DNA of 64,000 nt from Parcubacteria group bacterium Gr01-1014_3. Its GTDB lineage: Bacteria; Patescibacteriota; Minisyncoccia; UBA6257; WO2-44-18. Position 1 is the first letter of the stretch. The number at the start of each line of letters is the position of its first letter. The notes beneath the pieces are model-generated. The model ran no database searches, was not told the origin of the DNA, and worked only from the letters and a program-made list of their open reading frames with translations. The DNA lies in NCBI GenBank assembly GCA_007376445.1, contig VMGF01000001.1, positions 188,203 through 252,202 of the forward strand, in the 5' to 3' direction. Positions 17,297 through 26,013 of this stretch are shown here, piece by piece. The position numbers were made by a program, and so were the translations under genes.

Positions 17297-19102
17297 ATGA
17301 TTAAACTTAATAAACCCGCCTCGCCGGCTAATCACGCTGACTTACCCGCTGAAGCAAGCCCCACTAGGCGAACTCGCATGGGTGAGCATGCAAAAGCTGA
17401 TCCGTCCGCCGAAGGCGCGAAGCCGAAAGCAGGAAGCGGTAACAAAGACGCCCTTCGCTTTATTCCGCTCGGCGGATTTGAGGAAGTTGGCCGCAATTGC
17501 GCCGTCTTCGAATATAAAGATGAGATCGTCATTCTGGACGTTGGCTTGCAGTTCCCCGAAGAAGAAACTCCGGGTATCGATTTTATTATCCCAAACGTTT
17601 CTTATCTCAAAGATAAAGTTAAAAATATCAAAGCCATCGTTCTGACTCATGGCCACTACGACCATATTGGCGCCATTCCTTATCTGATGGAGAAATTGGG
17701 CAATCCGCCTATCTACTGCACCGAACTCACGAAAGCCATCGTCCTGAAACGCCAGGAAGAGTTTATTAATGCTCCTAAACTTCAGATCCATGTCGTTAAA
17801 AATTGGGATGAGATTAAATTCGGTGAACATTTCTCCGCGCAATTCTTCGGAGTAGAACACAATATCCCGGACACCACCGGCGTAATTCTCAAAACCCCGG
17901 TCGGTAACCTGGTTCATTTTGCCGACTTCAAGATCGGCTATGACGAAGCGGGCAATCCGGAAAAATTGGATGAATTCGAGAAAGTCGGCAAACAAGGCAT
18001 TTTGGCGTTATTGCTCGACAGCACCAACGCGGAAGAAGAAGGCCGGTCCCTTTCCGAGCGCGTGGTAGAAAAAAATCTGGAAATTCTATTTAAAGCCGCG
18101 CCAGGCAGAATTGTCGTGGCTATTTTCGCTTCACTCTTAACCCGCATCGCTGAAATTATAAAAATCGCCGAACGAATGGGTAAGAAAATCATTCTGGGCG
18201 GACGCACTATGATTAGCAACGTGCAGATTTCCCAAAACCTCGGCTACATCAAGCCAAAAACTGGCACGATCGTGCCAGTCGAAGAAATGCACAAATATAA
18301 AGACGATAAGATTCTGATGCTGACCACCGGCGCGCAGGGCGAACCGAACGCCAGCTTGATGCGCATCGCCAACGGCGAACATCGCCAGGTCCGGGTCAAA
18401 AATACCGATACCTTCATCTTCTCTTCATCCGCTATTCCTGGCAATGAACGCAGTATTCAGGTTTTGAAAGACAATCTCTGCCGTCAGGGCGGTAAAGTTT
18501 ATCATTCCCGCATTGTGGATATCCACTCCAGCGGCCACGCTCCACAGGAAGAATTGAAAACCGTTATTAAACTGATCAAGCCGAAATTCTTAATTCCGGT
18601 ACACGGCTATTTCTTTATGCGCGCGACTAATTCAGAGGTCGGCCAAAGCGTCGGCATTAAAAAAGAAAATTGCATTCTCATCGACAATGGCCAGGTAGTT
18701 GAAATGACGAAAGATAGCTATAAGGTCACGAATGAGATCGTGGACACCTTCTATATCATGGTTGATGGCCTTGGTGTTGGTGATGTCGGCGAAGTCGTTA
18801 TGCGCGATCGATTAGCTCTGGCCGAGGAAGGCATGTTGGTTATTATTACTACGCTCAGCCGGCAAACCGGACAATTGCTTAAAAATCCAGACATCATCTC
18901 CCGCGGATTTATCTATTTGAAAGACAATCAGCACGTCTTAGATGATATCCGCCGCAAGATCCGGAGTATTCTTGGCAACATTAAACAGAAAGAGGTAGAT
19001 GGCGATTACTTAAAGACTATCCTTCGAGACCAAATTGGCCAGTTATTGTATACTAAGACCAAGCGACGCCCGATGATTCTCCCGGTCGTCATTGAAGTAT
19101 AA
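17297..19102 (+). CDS. rnj: ribonuclease J (MBL / beta-CASP) with a low-complexity N-terminal extension
   Basis: HGHYDHIGAIPYL metal motif, beta-CASP and C-terminal domains; the start may be the internal MGEH at 17378. Confidence 0.85.
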   Translation: MIKLNKPASPANHADLPAEASPTRRTRMGEHAKADPSAEGAKPKAGSGNKDALRFIPLGGFEEVGRNCAVFEYKDEIVILDVGLQFPEEETPGIDFIIPNVSYLKDKVKNIKAIVLTHGHYDHIGAIPYLMEKLGNPPIYCTELTKAIVLKRQEEFINAPKLQIHVVKNWDEIKFGEHFSAQFFGVEHNIPDTTGVILKTPVGNLVHFADFKIGYDEAGNPEKLDEFEKVGKQGILALLLDSTNAEEEGRSLSERVVEKNLEILFKAAPGRIVVAIFASLLTRIAEIIKIAERMGKKIILGGRTMISNVQISQNLGYIKPKTGTIVPVEEMHKYKDDKILMLTTGAQGEPNASLMRIANGEHRQVRVKNTDTFIFSSSAIPGNERSIQVLKDNLCRQGGKVYHSRIVDIHSSGHAPQEELKTVIKLIKPKFLIPVHGYFFMRATNSEVGQSVGIKKENCILIDNGQVVEMTKDSYKVTNEIVDTFYIMVDGLGVGDVGEVVMRDRLALAEEGMLVIITTLSRQTGQLLKNPDIISRGFIYLKDNQHVLDDIRRKIRSILGNIKQKEVDGDYLKTILRDQIGQLLYTKTKRRPMILPVVIEV

Positions 19103-19171
19103 TCAAATTTTAAGTTCTAAATTTTTAATTTTAAATTAAATTAAAATTTATAATTAAAAATTTAAAATTCA

Positions 19172-20218
19172 ATGTCAGTTAAACCCGTTTTAATATCAGG
19201 AATCCAACCAACCGGCCGGCTCCATCTCGGTAATTATCTTGGCGCTCTCAAAAACTTCGTAGAGCTCCAGAATTCCGGTAAATATCAGTGCTATTTTTTC
19301 ATTGCTGATTTGCACGCCTTGACCGAAAATCCTGCCGCCGAAGATTTGAGAAAAAACATTTATAGTTTGGCCGCGGATTTCTTGGCGGTCGGACTGGATC
19401 CTAAAAAATCAATTATTTTTCAGCAATCCCAAATTAAATTTCTTCAAGACCTCAAGTGGATTTTAAGCACGCTCACTCCGGTAAGTGAGTTGTTGCGCAT
19501 GACCGCATTTAAAGAAAAGGTTTTGCAGGCGCTCAAACCATCAGAACGGGAAAAGATTACCAAAGAAAAGTTTGATGAAATAGTGGAGCAAACAAATTTT
19601 GGACTGATAGAATATCCAGTTCTCATGGCCGCGGACATTCTAATGTACGATGGACAACTTGTCCCAGTTGGCAATGATCAATTACAACATCTTGAGTTTG
19701 CTCGTACGTTAGTCCGTAAATTCAACAGAAAATTCGGTCAGACCTTTATTGAACCGAAGGCTTTAATGACTTCCACGCCAAGATTAATGAGCCTGGATGA
19801 TCCGAGTAAAAAAATGTCCAAGTCTCGACCTACAGGATGCCTTTTCATTGACGATGAATCAAAAACTATTGAGGAAAAAATAAAATCGGCGGTAACCGAT
19901 TCGGGTAGCGAAGTTAGATACGATGAAAAAGAAAAACCCGGCATATCCAATTTGTTGGTTATAATGTCCGGCCTATCCGGGCAACCCATTACAGCCATAG
20001 AAAAGGAGTTTGCCGGCGCGAATTATGGAAAATTCAAACAATCACTCGCTAATTTAGTTAGCGATCATTTTGCCATATTCCGTAAGAAGAAGGCGGCGCT
20101 TCTTCAAAAACCAGCCGGAATCAAAAAGATTATAGATGCCGGATCAAAAAAAGCAGCGAAGGTAGCCGCGAAAAAAATAATAGAAATAAAGGAAAAGCTT
20201 GGTTTACAGAAAATATAA
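19172..20218 (+). CDS. trpS: tryptophanyl-tRNA synthetase
   Basis: PTGRLHLGN (HIGH-class) and KMSKS motifs. Confidence 0.9.
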   Translation: MSVKPVLISGIQPTGRLHLGNYLGALKNFVELQNSGKYQCYFFIADLHALTENPAAEDLRKNIYSLAADFLAVGLDPKKSIIFQQSQIKFLQDLKWILSTLTPVSELLRMTAFKEKVLQALKPSEREKITKEKFDEIVEQTNFGLIEYPVLMAADILMYDGQLVPVGNDQLQHLEFARTLVRKFNRKFGQTFIEPKALMTSTPRLMSLDDPSKKMSKSRPTGCLFIDDESKTIEEKIKSAVTDSGSEVRYDEKEKPGISNLLVIMSGLSGQPITAIEKEFAGANYGKFKQSLANLVSDHFAIFRKKKAALLQKPAGIKKIIDAGSKKAAKVAAKKIIEIKEKLGLQKI

Positions 20219-20247
20219 AATCCGCTTAACGATTAAGCGGATTTTTG
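20219..20247. terminator. bidirectional hairpin aaatccgcttaacgattaagcggattttt
   Basis: 9-bp stem between convergent genes. Confidence 0.55.
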
Positions 20248-20603
20248 TCATTTAATTTATTCCCGATTCGATAGAGACGGGCGAACACCATAAATGCTCC
20301 GGCCATGCACATAAACGTAGTCACTATCAGCGCTCCGATAGTCTTTTGATCAAAGAGCGCGCCAAAGGCCAGTAAAGGCCAGACTACCCAGAGCGCCAAG
20401 AGAGTTGCCGGAAAATAAAGCATCGCGGAGGTAAGGCCCACGATCACCCCCGCGATTATCCCAACGGCCATCAGAATAAATTGATCTGAAAAAAGCATAT
20501 GGCCCACAATCGAAACCGTGAAACAGATGGTAGCTATCCGCGCGATCTCTAGTATCGAGTAGCCAATATATTCTCTCGGCGTGAGCTTGGGCTTTTCTGC
20601 CAT
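20226..20603 (-). CDS. hypothetical four-TM membrane protein
   Basis: 125-aa hydrophobic ORF. Confidence 0.4.
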   Translation of the reverse strand: MAEKPKLTPREYIGYSILEIARIATICFTVSIVGHMLFSDQFILMAVGIIAGVIVGLTSAMLYFPATLLALWVVWPLLAFGALFDQKTIGALIVTTFMCMAGAFMVFARLYRIGNKLNDKNPLNR

Positions 20604-20716
20604 TTGAGAACCTTTCTATATTCTAGAACTGCCCAAACTTTAACACTCCGCGGTAAAATTGACAAACCGCCATCTCCAGAATATCGTAATTAAGCTCTTT
20701 GAAGCTGGAGGAACAA

Positions 20717-21319
20717 ATGAAGCTGAAGGATTGCGCCAAGAATATGCTGAAGGTTACGGCTTGGTTTATGGGTATTTATACCGCTGTCTGGCTACTTATT
20801 TGGCTGAGTATACCGGTATTATCCGCTAGTTATGAATTCAAAACCTTCGGATATTCTTGGAATGTTAGTCGTTGGCTTGATCTGATTCTTGTGGCCTTGC
20901 ATCTCAACCTGATACTGGCCGGATTCTTTTGGATCATTCCCCGCGTCAAAGAATTGGACACATCCACCGACTCAGAAAGCGCGGCCGCGGTCGGTAGCAG
21001 TTTATTCATTTCATTTGTAGCTGGTCTGGTTCTGATAGGAAATCCAAGCCTGGAGAATTGCATTACTGGAGCGGCCTTGGCGGGTGTACTGGCATTTTTG
21101 ATCGGTATCACCACTACAAAATACGCCCAGTCGATGTTAATCGCTACCGGCTCCGCGGTCATGACCCCCTTCCTGCCTGGCGCGTTAGGCGGCGGCGCTC
21201 TCAATGGATTGTATGCCGGACTAATCATGGCGCTGGCGGTCTTCCTGGCCGGAATGATCCCTTATGCCATCGTAAAACCAATCCTGCTGAAATACGAGAA
21301 ATCAAAACCCCCCGAATAA
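20717..21319 (+). CDS. hypothetical multi-TM membrane protein
   Basis: ATG preceded by GGAGG; the track start at 20699 is a TTG within the RBS. Confidence 0.45.
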   Translation: MKLKDCAKNMLKVTAWFMGIYTAVWLLIWLSIPVLSASYEFKTFGYSWNVSRWLDLILVALHLNLILAGFFWIIPRVKELDTSTDSESAAAVGSSLFISFVAGLVLIGNPSLENCITGAALAGVLAFLIGITTTKYAQSMLIATGSAVMTPFLPGALGGGALNGLYAGLIMALAVFLAGMIPYAIVKPILLKYEKSKPPE

Positions 21320-21335
21320 ATCGGGGGTCTTTTTT
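21306..21335 (+). terminator. hairpin ccccccgaataaatcggggg + T-run
   Basis: Canonical intrinsic terminator overlapping the stop codon. Confidence 0.65.
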
Positions 21336-21349
21336 AACAAAGCGGAGGA

Positions 21350-21494
21350 CAACTGATTTTTCGGAACATCCCGGAGGCATGCCGGCTGGACTATCCTATA
21401 ATCGGTCTCCGACCTTTATGTCGGAGCGGCGTGCCGAGGGCGAAGAAAAAACGGCCGCTGGAGCCGTTTTATTCTGTTTCCGAAAAATCAGTTG
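21350..21494. other. 145-bp region closed by perfect 17-bp inverted repeats (CAACTGATTTTTCGGAA) with at least three internal hairpins; structured ncRNA or MITE candidate
   Basis: IRs at 21350-21366 and 21478-21494; internal ggcatgcc, ctccgac/gtcggag and aacggc/gccgtt stems. Confidence 0.35.
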
Positions 21495-21503
21495 CCGGAG
21501 CCC

Positions 21504-24500
21504 TTACTTTCTAACCCCGATCCAGATATCCACGCCGTTTAACTTCGTGGTAATTTCGGCGTCAAACTTATCCGAACGCTTAAAATCAATGGTTTTCGCG
21601 CTGATGTCCTTTTTAAATTCCGCCTCACTTTCTTCGATCGCTTCCCGTACTTCTGGCGGCACTTCCAGCATCAAAAAGATCGGCTCACCGAGCTTATAAC
21701 CGGCTTCCTGCCGCAAACCCTGCACCGCGCGCACCATTTCACGCACCAATCCCTCTCGCTTTAATTCCGCGGTAATTTCAGTGTCTAATTCAACTTCTTC
21801 CTTGATTTTGGAATCTACCACCACTTCTTTCACGTTTACCTCATCAGCCAGAATATATAATAATTCATCATTAATTTTAAATTTAAAATTTTTAATTTTT
21901 AATTTTTGTAGTGGTTGTCGAATTTTTATTCCCGCCTTTTCTCGAGCAGCCAAACCCAGGCTGGCCAGATTGCGGACTTCAGCCATCGCCGCCAAAATAT
22001 CTTTATTGAATAAAGTTTTGTTCAACTCCGGCCAATCCTGTAAATGCACAGAATTACGAATCATGAATGAGGAATTATGCTTTTTGTTTAATTCTTGATT
22101 CTTAATTCTTGATTCTGGATTCAAGGATTGCCACATCGCTTCTCCAAAAAATGGCGCGAATGGCGCGATTAAGCGGCTCATTTCGGTCAGAACCTTCGCT
22201 AGGGTCGCCGAGGCGCCCTTAAAGTCCGATCCCGGATTCTGGAAGCGTTTGCGTGAACGGCGGATGTGCCAACGGGAAAGATCATCTATAAATGATTCCA
22301 ATTCTCTCGCCGCCGGACCGATCTGGAAATTCTCCAGGTCGGTGGTTACTTTATGGGTTACCTCTTCTAATCGCGCCAAGACCCACTGATCTAAGACGTT
22401 CAACTTGCTAATTTCTAGAGTGGTCGCTGATTTATCCGCATAGCTATCCCAGAATACAAAAGAATTATAAAGGATCAGGAAAAACTTCCTCAAAACTTTA
22501 CCAAGATCATTCTCATCGAAACGCTTCGGCTCGCCAGGATCGTTTACGGTGTAGAAATACCAGCGCAAAACATCCGCGCCGTACTTTTGGATCAGCTGAT
22601 GCGGATCAACCACATTTCCCTTCGATTTAGACATCTTCTGCCCATGTTTATCCAGTAAAAGTCCGAGAGAGATCACATTTTTATAAGGCGTGTCTTTTTT
22701 AAGTAAAGTCGCAACCGCTAAAAGTGTATAGAACCAACCTCGCGTCTGATCAATAGCTTCGCAGATATAATCCGCCGGAAACTGCTCTCCTTTATCCAAG
22801 AGATTTTTATTTTCAAACGGATAATGCCACTGCGCGTATGGCATCGCTCCGGAATCGAACCAGACATCCGCCACTTCCTTTACGCGATCCATTTTTTCCT
22901 CGCAGTCTGGGCATTTCAAGGCGACCTCATCGATAAACGGCCGGTGCACGTCCAGTTCGCCGTTCCGGTCAAAAGGCCAGTTGTGAACAGTGATCTTCCG
23001 ATAGTCTCCAGTTTTCGGATATGGCATCTTCTCGGTCTCTTCAGCAGAAACCCCAGCCAACGCTCCCTCCATCACCCAAAGCGGATCGCCGTGGCTGACT
23101 ATTAAAATATTTTTGCCGCTGTGCTGTCCATTTATTTCCCGAACTGCCTCCATCATCCTGGCCCGGATCTGAGAATAATTTTCGCCGTTGGGCGGAGTCT
23201 TTATGAATCGCTCAGCGAAGTTGGCGTAAAACCCAGTATGATCTTTAACCGGCCGGCCGTTAAAGATTCCGGCATTCACCTCGCTTAATCGCTTATCCTT
23301 GATCACCTTGGCTCCAGTGGCTTTGGCGATGATCTTGGCGGTTTGCATCGTTCGAAAATACGGCGAAGCAAAAATCAGATCGATATTCTCCTTTTTTAAT
23401 TCTTTGCCCAATTTTTCCGCGTCTTTTTCGCCTTTCTCGGTTAGCTTAGAAATGTTGTCTCCTTTTTCAGGTCCAGAGGCCACAAAATCTTTTACGTTAT
23501 GATTGGATTCGCAGTGCCGGGCGATGAAAAACTGATTGGCGCTAAGAGCATGCTTATCCAGGTCGGCAAGACCACCAATCACGATCCTCTTCTCACATTT
23601 TTCGGCGGCTTTGCCGGAATGCTCCCAGATTGGTAGAGGCGTACCCCAATAACGCTGACGAGCGATCGCCCAATCTTTAATATCTTTCAACCATTCTCCA
23701 AAACGGCCTTCTTTCAAATGCTCCGGAGTCCAATTTATTTTTTTATTGGCCGCCAAAAGTTCACTCTTCAATTTGCTCATCTCGATAAACCAAGAGTTGC
23801 GAGCAAAATAGATTAGCGGTGTAGAGCAACGCCAACAATGCGGATATTCATGCTCGATAGATGAGGCGGAATAAAGTAGTTTTCGCCCGGTAAGATCGGC
23901 AATGATGTCTTTATCAGCTTCTTTGACGAATTTTCCAGCTCCCGGTAGGCCTTTTTGTACCATACCGCGATCATCGATAGTCACGACAATACTTTCCTGC
24001 CAGTTCTCCCCCTTGGCGTGCTCGCGGAATAAATTAAGATCGTCTTCGCCAAAAGCCGGGGCGATATGAACTAAACCGGTGCCATCTTCGGTAGAAATAA
24101 AGTCGGCCGGTAATACTTCATAGACGCCCTCGGCGCCTTTGAGATCTTTGTGCGGAAAAAGTGGCTCATATTTTTTGCCAACCAGTTTTTTTCCGGAGAT
24201 CTTCTCTACCACCTCCACCTCTATTTTTTTTCCATCCACCTCAACCGACGGCGGATTGCTATATGACCAAAAAAACTCGTTGCCAGCCTTATATTTCGTG
24301 TAAGTCAGCTTCGGATCCACGGCAACGGCCATATTTGCCGGCAAAGTCCACGGCGTGGTTGTCCAAACCAATAAATAAGTATTCTTTTCACCTTTGAGCG
24401 CGAATTTTACGTAGACCGATGGATCTTTAACTTTTTTATATGCACCTGGCTGGCCTAGCTCGTGGCTGGAAAGCGGCGTCTGACAACGCGGACACCACGG

Positions 24501-25040
24501 AACGATCTTATAAAGTTTTTTCAAAAGTCCGCGCTTATTGATCTCGCCAAAAACCCACCACAAAGTTTCGACATAAGAATTCGCGTAGGTAACGTAAGCG
24601 GTATCAAAATCCAGCCAGAGACCGACCCGCTCGGTTAATTTTTCCCACTCGCTTTTATATTTCCAAACTGAATTTTTGGCCTTGGCGTTGAATTCGGCGA
24701 TGCCGAATTTTTCTATCTCGGATTTATTTTTGATGCCGAGTTCTTTTTCCACTTCCAACTCTACCGGCAAACCGTGAGTATCCCAGCCGGCGCGGCGTAG
24801 CACATAGTGCCCGCGCATAGTTTTATAGCGCAAAATGATATCTTTGAAAGCGCGGGTCAGCACGTGGTGCGTCCCCGGGCGGCCGTTAGCCGTCGGCGGC
24901 CCTTCAAAAAACCTGAAAGGTTTTTTGCCCTGAGTCCGCCGAAGGGCTAAAGACTTCTTAAAAATGTCGTTCTCCTTCCAAAATTTGAGGATCTTCTCCT
25001 CGATCTCCGAAAGAATAAGCTGCTTTAATCCACGCAACAT
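21504..25040 (-). CDS. ileS: isoleucyl-tRNA synthetase (type 2) carrying an inserted histidine-phosphatase (PGAM-like) domain
   Basis: GPPTANGRPGTHH (HIGH-class), KMSKSKGN, editing domain, WHYPFENK; 1178 aa with RHCESNHN ... LIVSHG insert between TPLPIW and DVHRPFIDE. Confidence 0.9.
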   Translation of the reverse strand: MLRGLKQLILSEIEEKILKFWKENDIFKKSLALRRTQGKKPFRFFEGPPTANGRPGTHHVLTRAFKDIILRYKTMRGHYVLRRAGWDTHGLPVELEVEKELGIKNKSEIEKFGIAEFNAKAKNSVWKYKSEWEKLTERVGLWLDFDTAYVTYANSYVETLWWVFGEINKRGLLKKLYKIVPWCPRCQTPLSSHELGQPGAYKKVKDPSVYVKFALKGEKNTYLLVWTTTPWTLPANMAVAVDPKLTYTKYKAGNEFFWSYSNPPSVEVDGKKIEVEVVEKISGKKLVGKKYEPLFPHKDLKGAEGVYEVLPADFISTEDGTGLVHIAPAFGEDDLNLFREHAKGENWQESIVVTIDDRGMVQKGLPGAGKFVKEADKDIIADLTGRKLLYSASSIEHEYPHCWRCSTPLIYFARNSWFIEMSKLKSELLAANKKINWTPEHLKEGRFGEWLKDIKDWAIARQRYWGTPLPIWEHSGKAAEKCEKRIVIGGLADLDKHALSANQFFIARHCESNHNVKDFVASGPEKGDNISKLTEKGEKDAEKLGKELKKENIDLIFASPYFRTMQTAKIIAKATGAKVIKDKRLSEVNAGIFNGRPVKDHTGFYANFAERFIKTPPNGENYSQIRARMMEAVREINGQHSGKNILIVSHGDPLWVMEGALAGVSAEETEKMPYPKTGDYRKITVHNWPFDRNGELDVHRPFIDEVALKCPDCEEKMDRVKEVADVWFDSGAMPYAQWHYPFENKNLLDKGEQFPADYICEAIDQTRGWFYTLLAVATLLKKDTPYKNVISLGLLLDKHGQKMSKSKGNVVDPHQLIQKYGADVLRWYFYTVNDPGEPKRFDENDLGKVLRKFFLILYNSFVFWDSYADKSATTLEISKLNVLDQWVLARLEEVTHKVTTDLENFQIGPAARELESFIDDLSRWHIRRSRKRFQNPGSDFKGASATLAKVLTEMSRLIAPFAPFFGEAMWQSLNPESRIKNQELNKKHNSSFMIRNSVHLQDWPELNKTLFNKDILAAMAEVRNLASLGLAAREKAGIKIRQPLQKLKIKNFKFKINDELLYILADEVNVKEVVVDSKIKEEVELDTEITAELKREGLVREMVRAVQGLRQEAGYKLGEPIFLMLEVPPEVREAIEESEAEFKKDISAKTIDFKRSDKFDAEITTKLNGVDIWIGVRK

Positions 25041-25147
25041 AATATCCTTGATGATATATAAAATTTAAGCGTATTTCAACCGCCCTTATGGACTTTACGA
25101 GCCTTAGACTTTAAAATAGCCTTTGTACTTTAAAAGGAGCAAAAACG

Positions 25148-25903
25148 GTGAAACAGATAATCGCGGCCTTCCTGATCTTCGCGATTCCGAAAATAGCCTA
25201 CGCCCAAGAAGATTTTTCGATGTCCGGCGAAGCCAGGGTTAAGCAGTTCGTAGTCATGGATGAACCTGATCTGATGAAGATGGACTATTCAAGCTACGAC
25301 TCTACGCCGGATCAAGAAGTAGGTCTGTCGGGTCATTTCCACTTCTGGAGAAAGCTTCACCTCGATGCTTATCCATATTTCTGGTATTCACAAGAAAACA
25401 AGATCGCCCGCGTCGGACTTTTCGGAGAATTTCATTATGATCTCTGGGGCGACTGGCTAGATGTTGGCTTTGGCCACCACAGCTGGCACAACGCCGACGA
25501 ACATTCTCCGAGCGAAAGCGGTCGGAGCCAGAACTGGTTTTCCATGGAATTGAATTTCTGGAATATCAGTCTCGGCGGCGAGAACCATCTCGATCTTTTC
25601 CTGAAGCCGCTTTACTATGTTCAGAACGCCGAACCCGCAGAGCTTAAAACTATTTACGACGGCGATGAATCGGCCGCTTACGCCAAAATCAGCCTGGGCG
25701 CGAAGCTAAACTATGGCAGTCTGGATCTTCAACTCTGGCCCTATGCGGAATTTTCTGATGGTCCCGACCGCTACGGCCTCAAAGCGGAAATATCCTATCC
25801 GCTCTACCGAGGATTCTCCGCTTTCGGTGATCTCCACTATTTCACCATCGACAACGAAGACCGCTGGATGATCGGAATTGGCATAATTATTAGATTTAAA
25901 TAA
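25148..25903 (+). CDS. secreted hypothetical protein (signal peptide, W/Y/D-rich beta-type)
   Basis: GTG start after AAGGAG; MKQIIAAFLIFAIPKIAYAQE signal. Confidence 0.5.
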   Translation: MKQIIAAFLIFAIPKIAYAQEDFSMSGEARVKQFVVMDEPDLMKMDYSSYDSTPDQEVGLSGHFHFWRKLHLDAYPYFWYSQENKIARVGLFGEFHYDLWGDWLDVGFGHHSWHNADEHSPSESGRSQNWFSMELNFWNISLGGENHLDLFLKPLYYVQNAEPAELKTIYDGDESAAYAKISLGAKLNYGSLDLQLWPYAEFSDGPDRYGLKAEISYPLYRGFSAFGDLHYFTIDNEDRWMIGIGIIIRFK

Positions 25904-25907
25904 AACC

Positions 25908-25937
25908 AAAACCGCCCAAATGGGCGGTTTTTTTATC
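25908..25937 (+). terminator. hairpin aaaccgcccaaatgggcggttttttt
   Basis: 7-bp GC stem + T7 run. Confidence 0.7.
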
Positions 25938-26013
25938 TACGCACGAATCGACTTAAGTCGATTCTTTGCGGGATTCCGTCGCCGCTATTTTAAAATAAAT
26001 AATTGAGGCGACT

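Noticed and set aside
17342-17995. 217-aa antisense ORF inside rnj, and similar antisense ORFs inside the SBP (15781..16329), murE/ruvA (42536..43147), uvrB, polA and ileS
   Set aside because: Each lies fully antisense to a strongly supported conserved gene. They have no RBS and a low-complexity composition.
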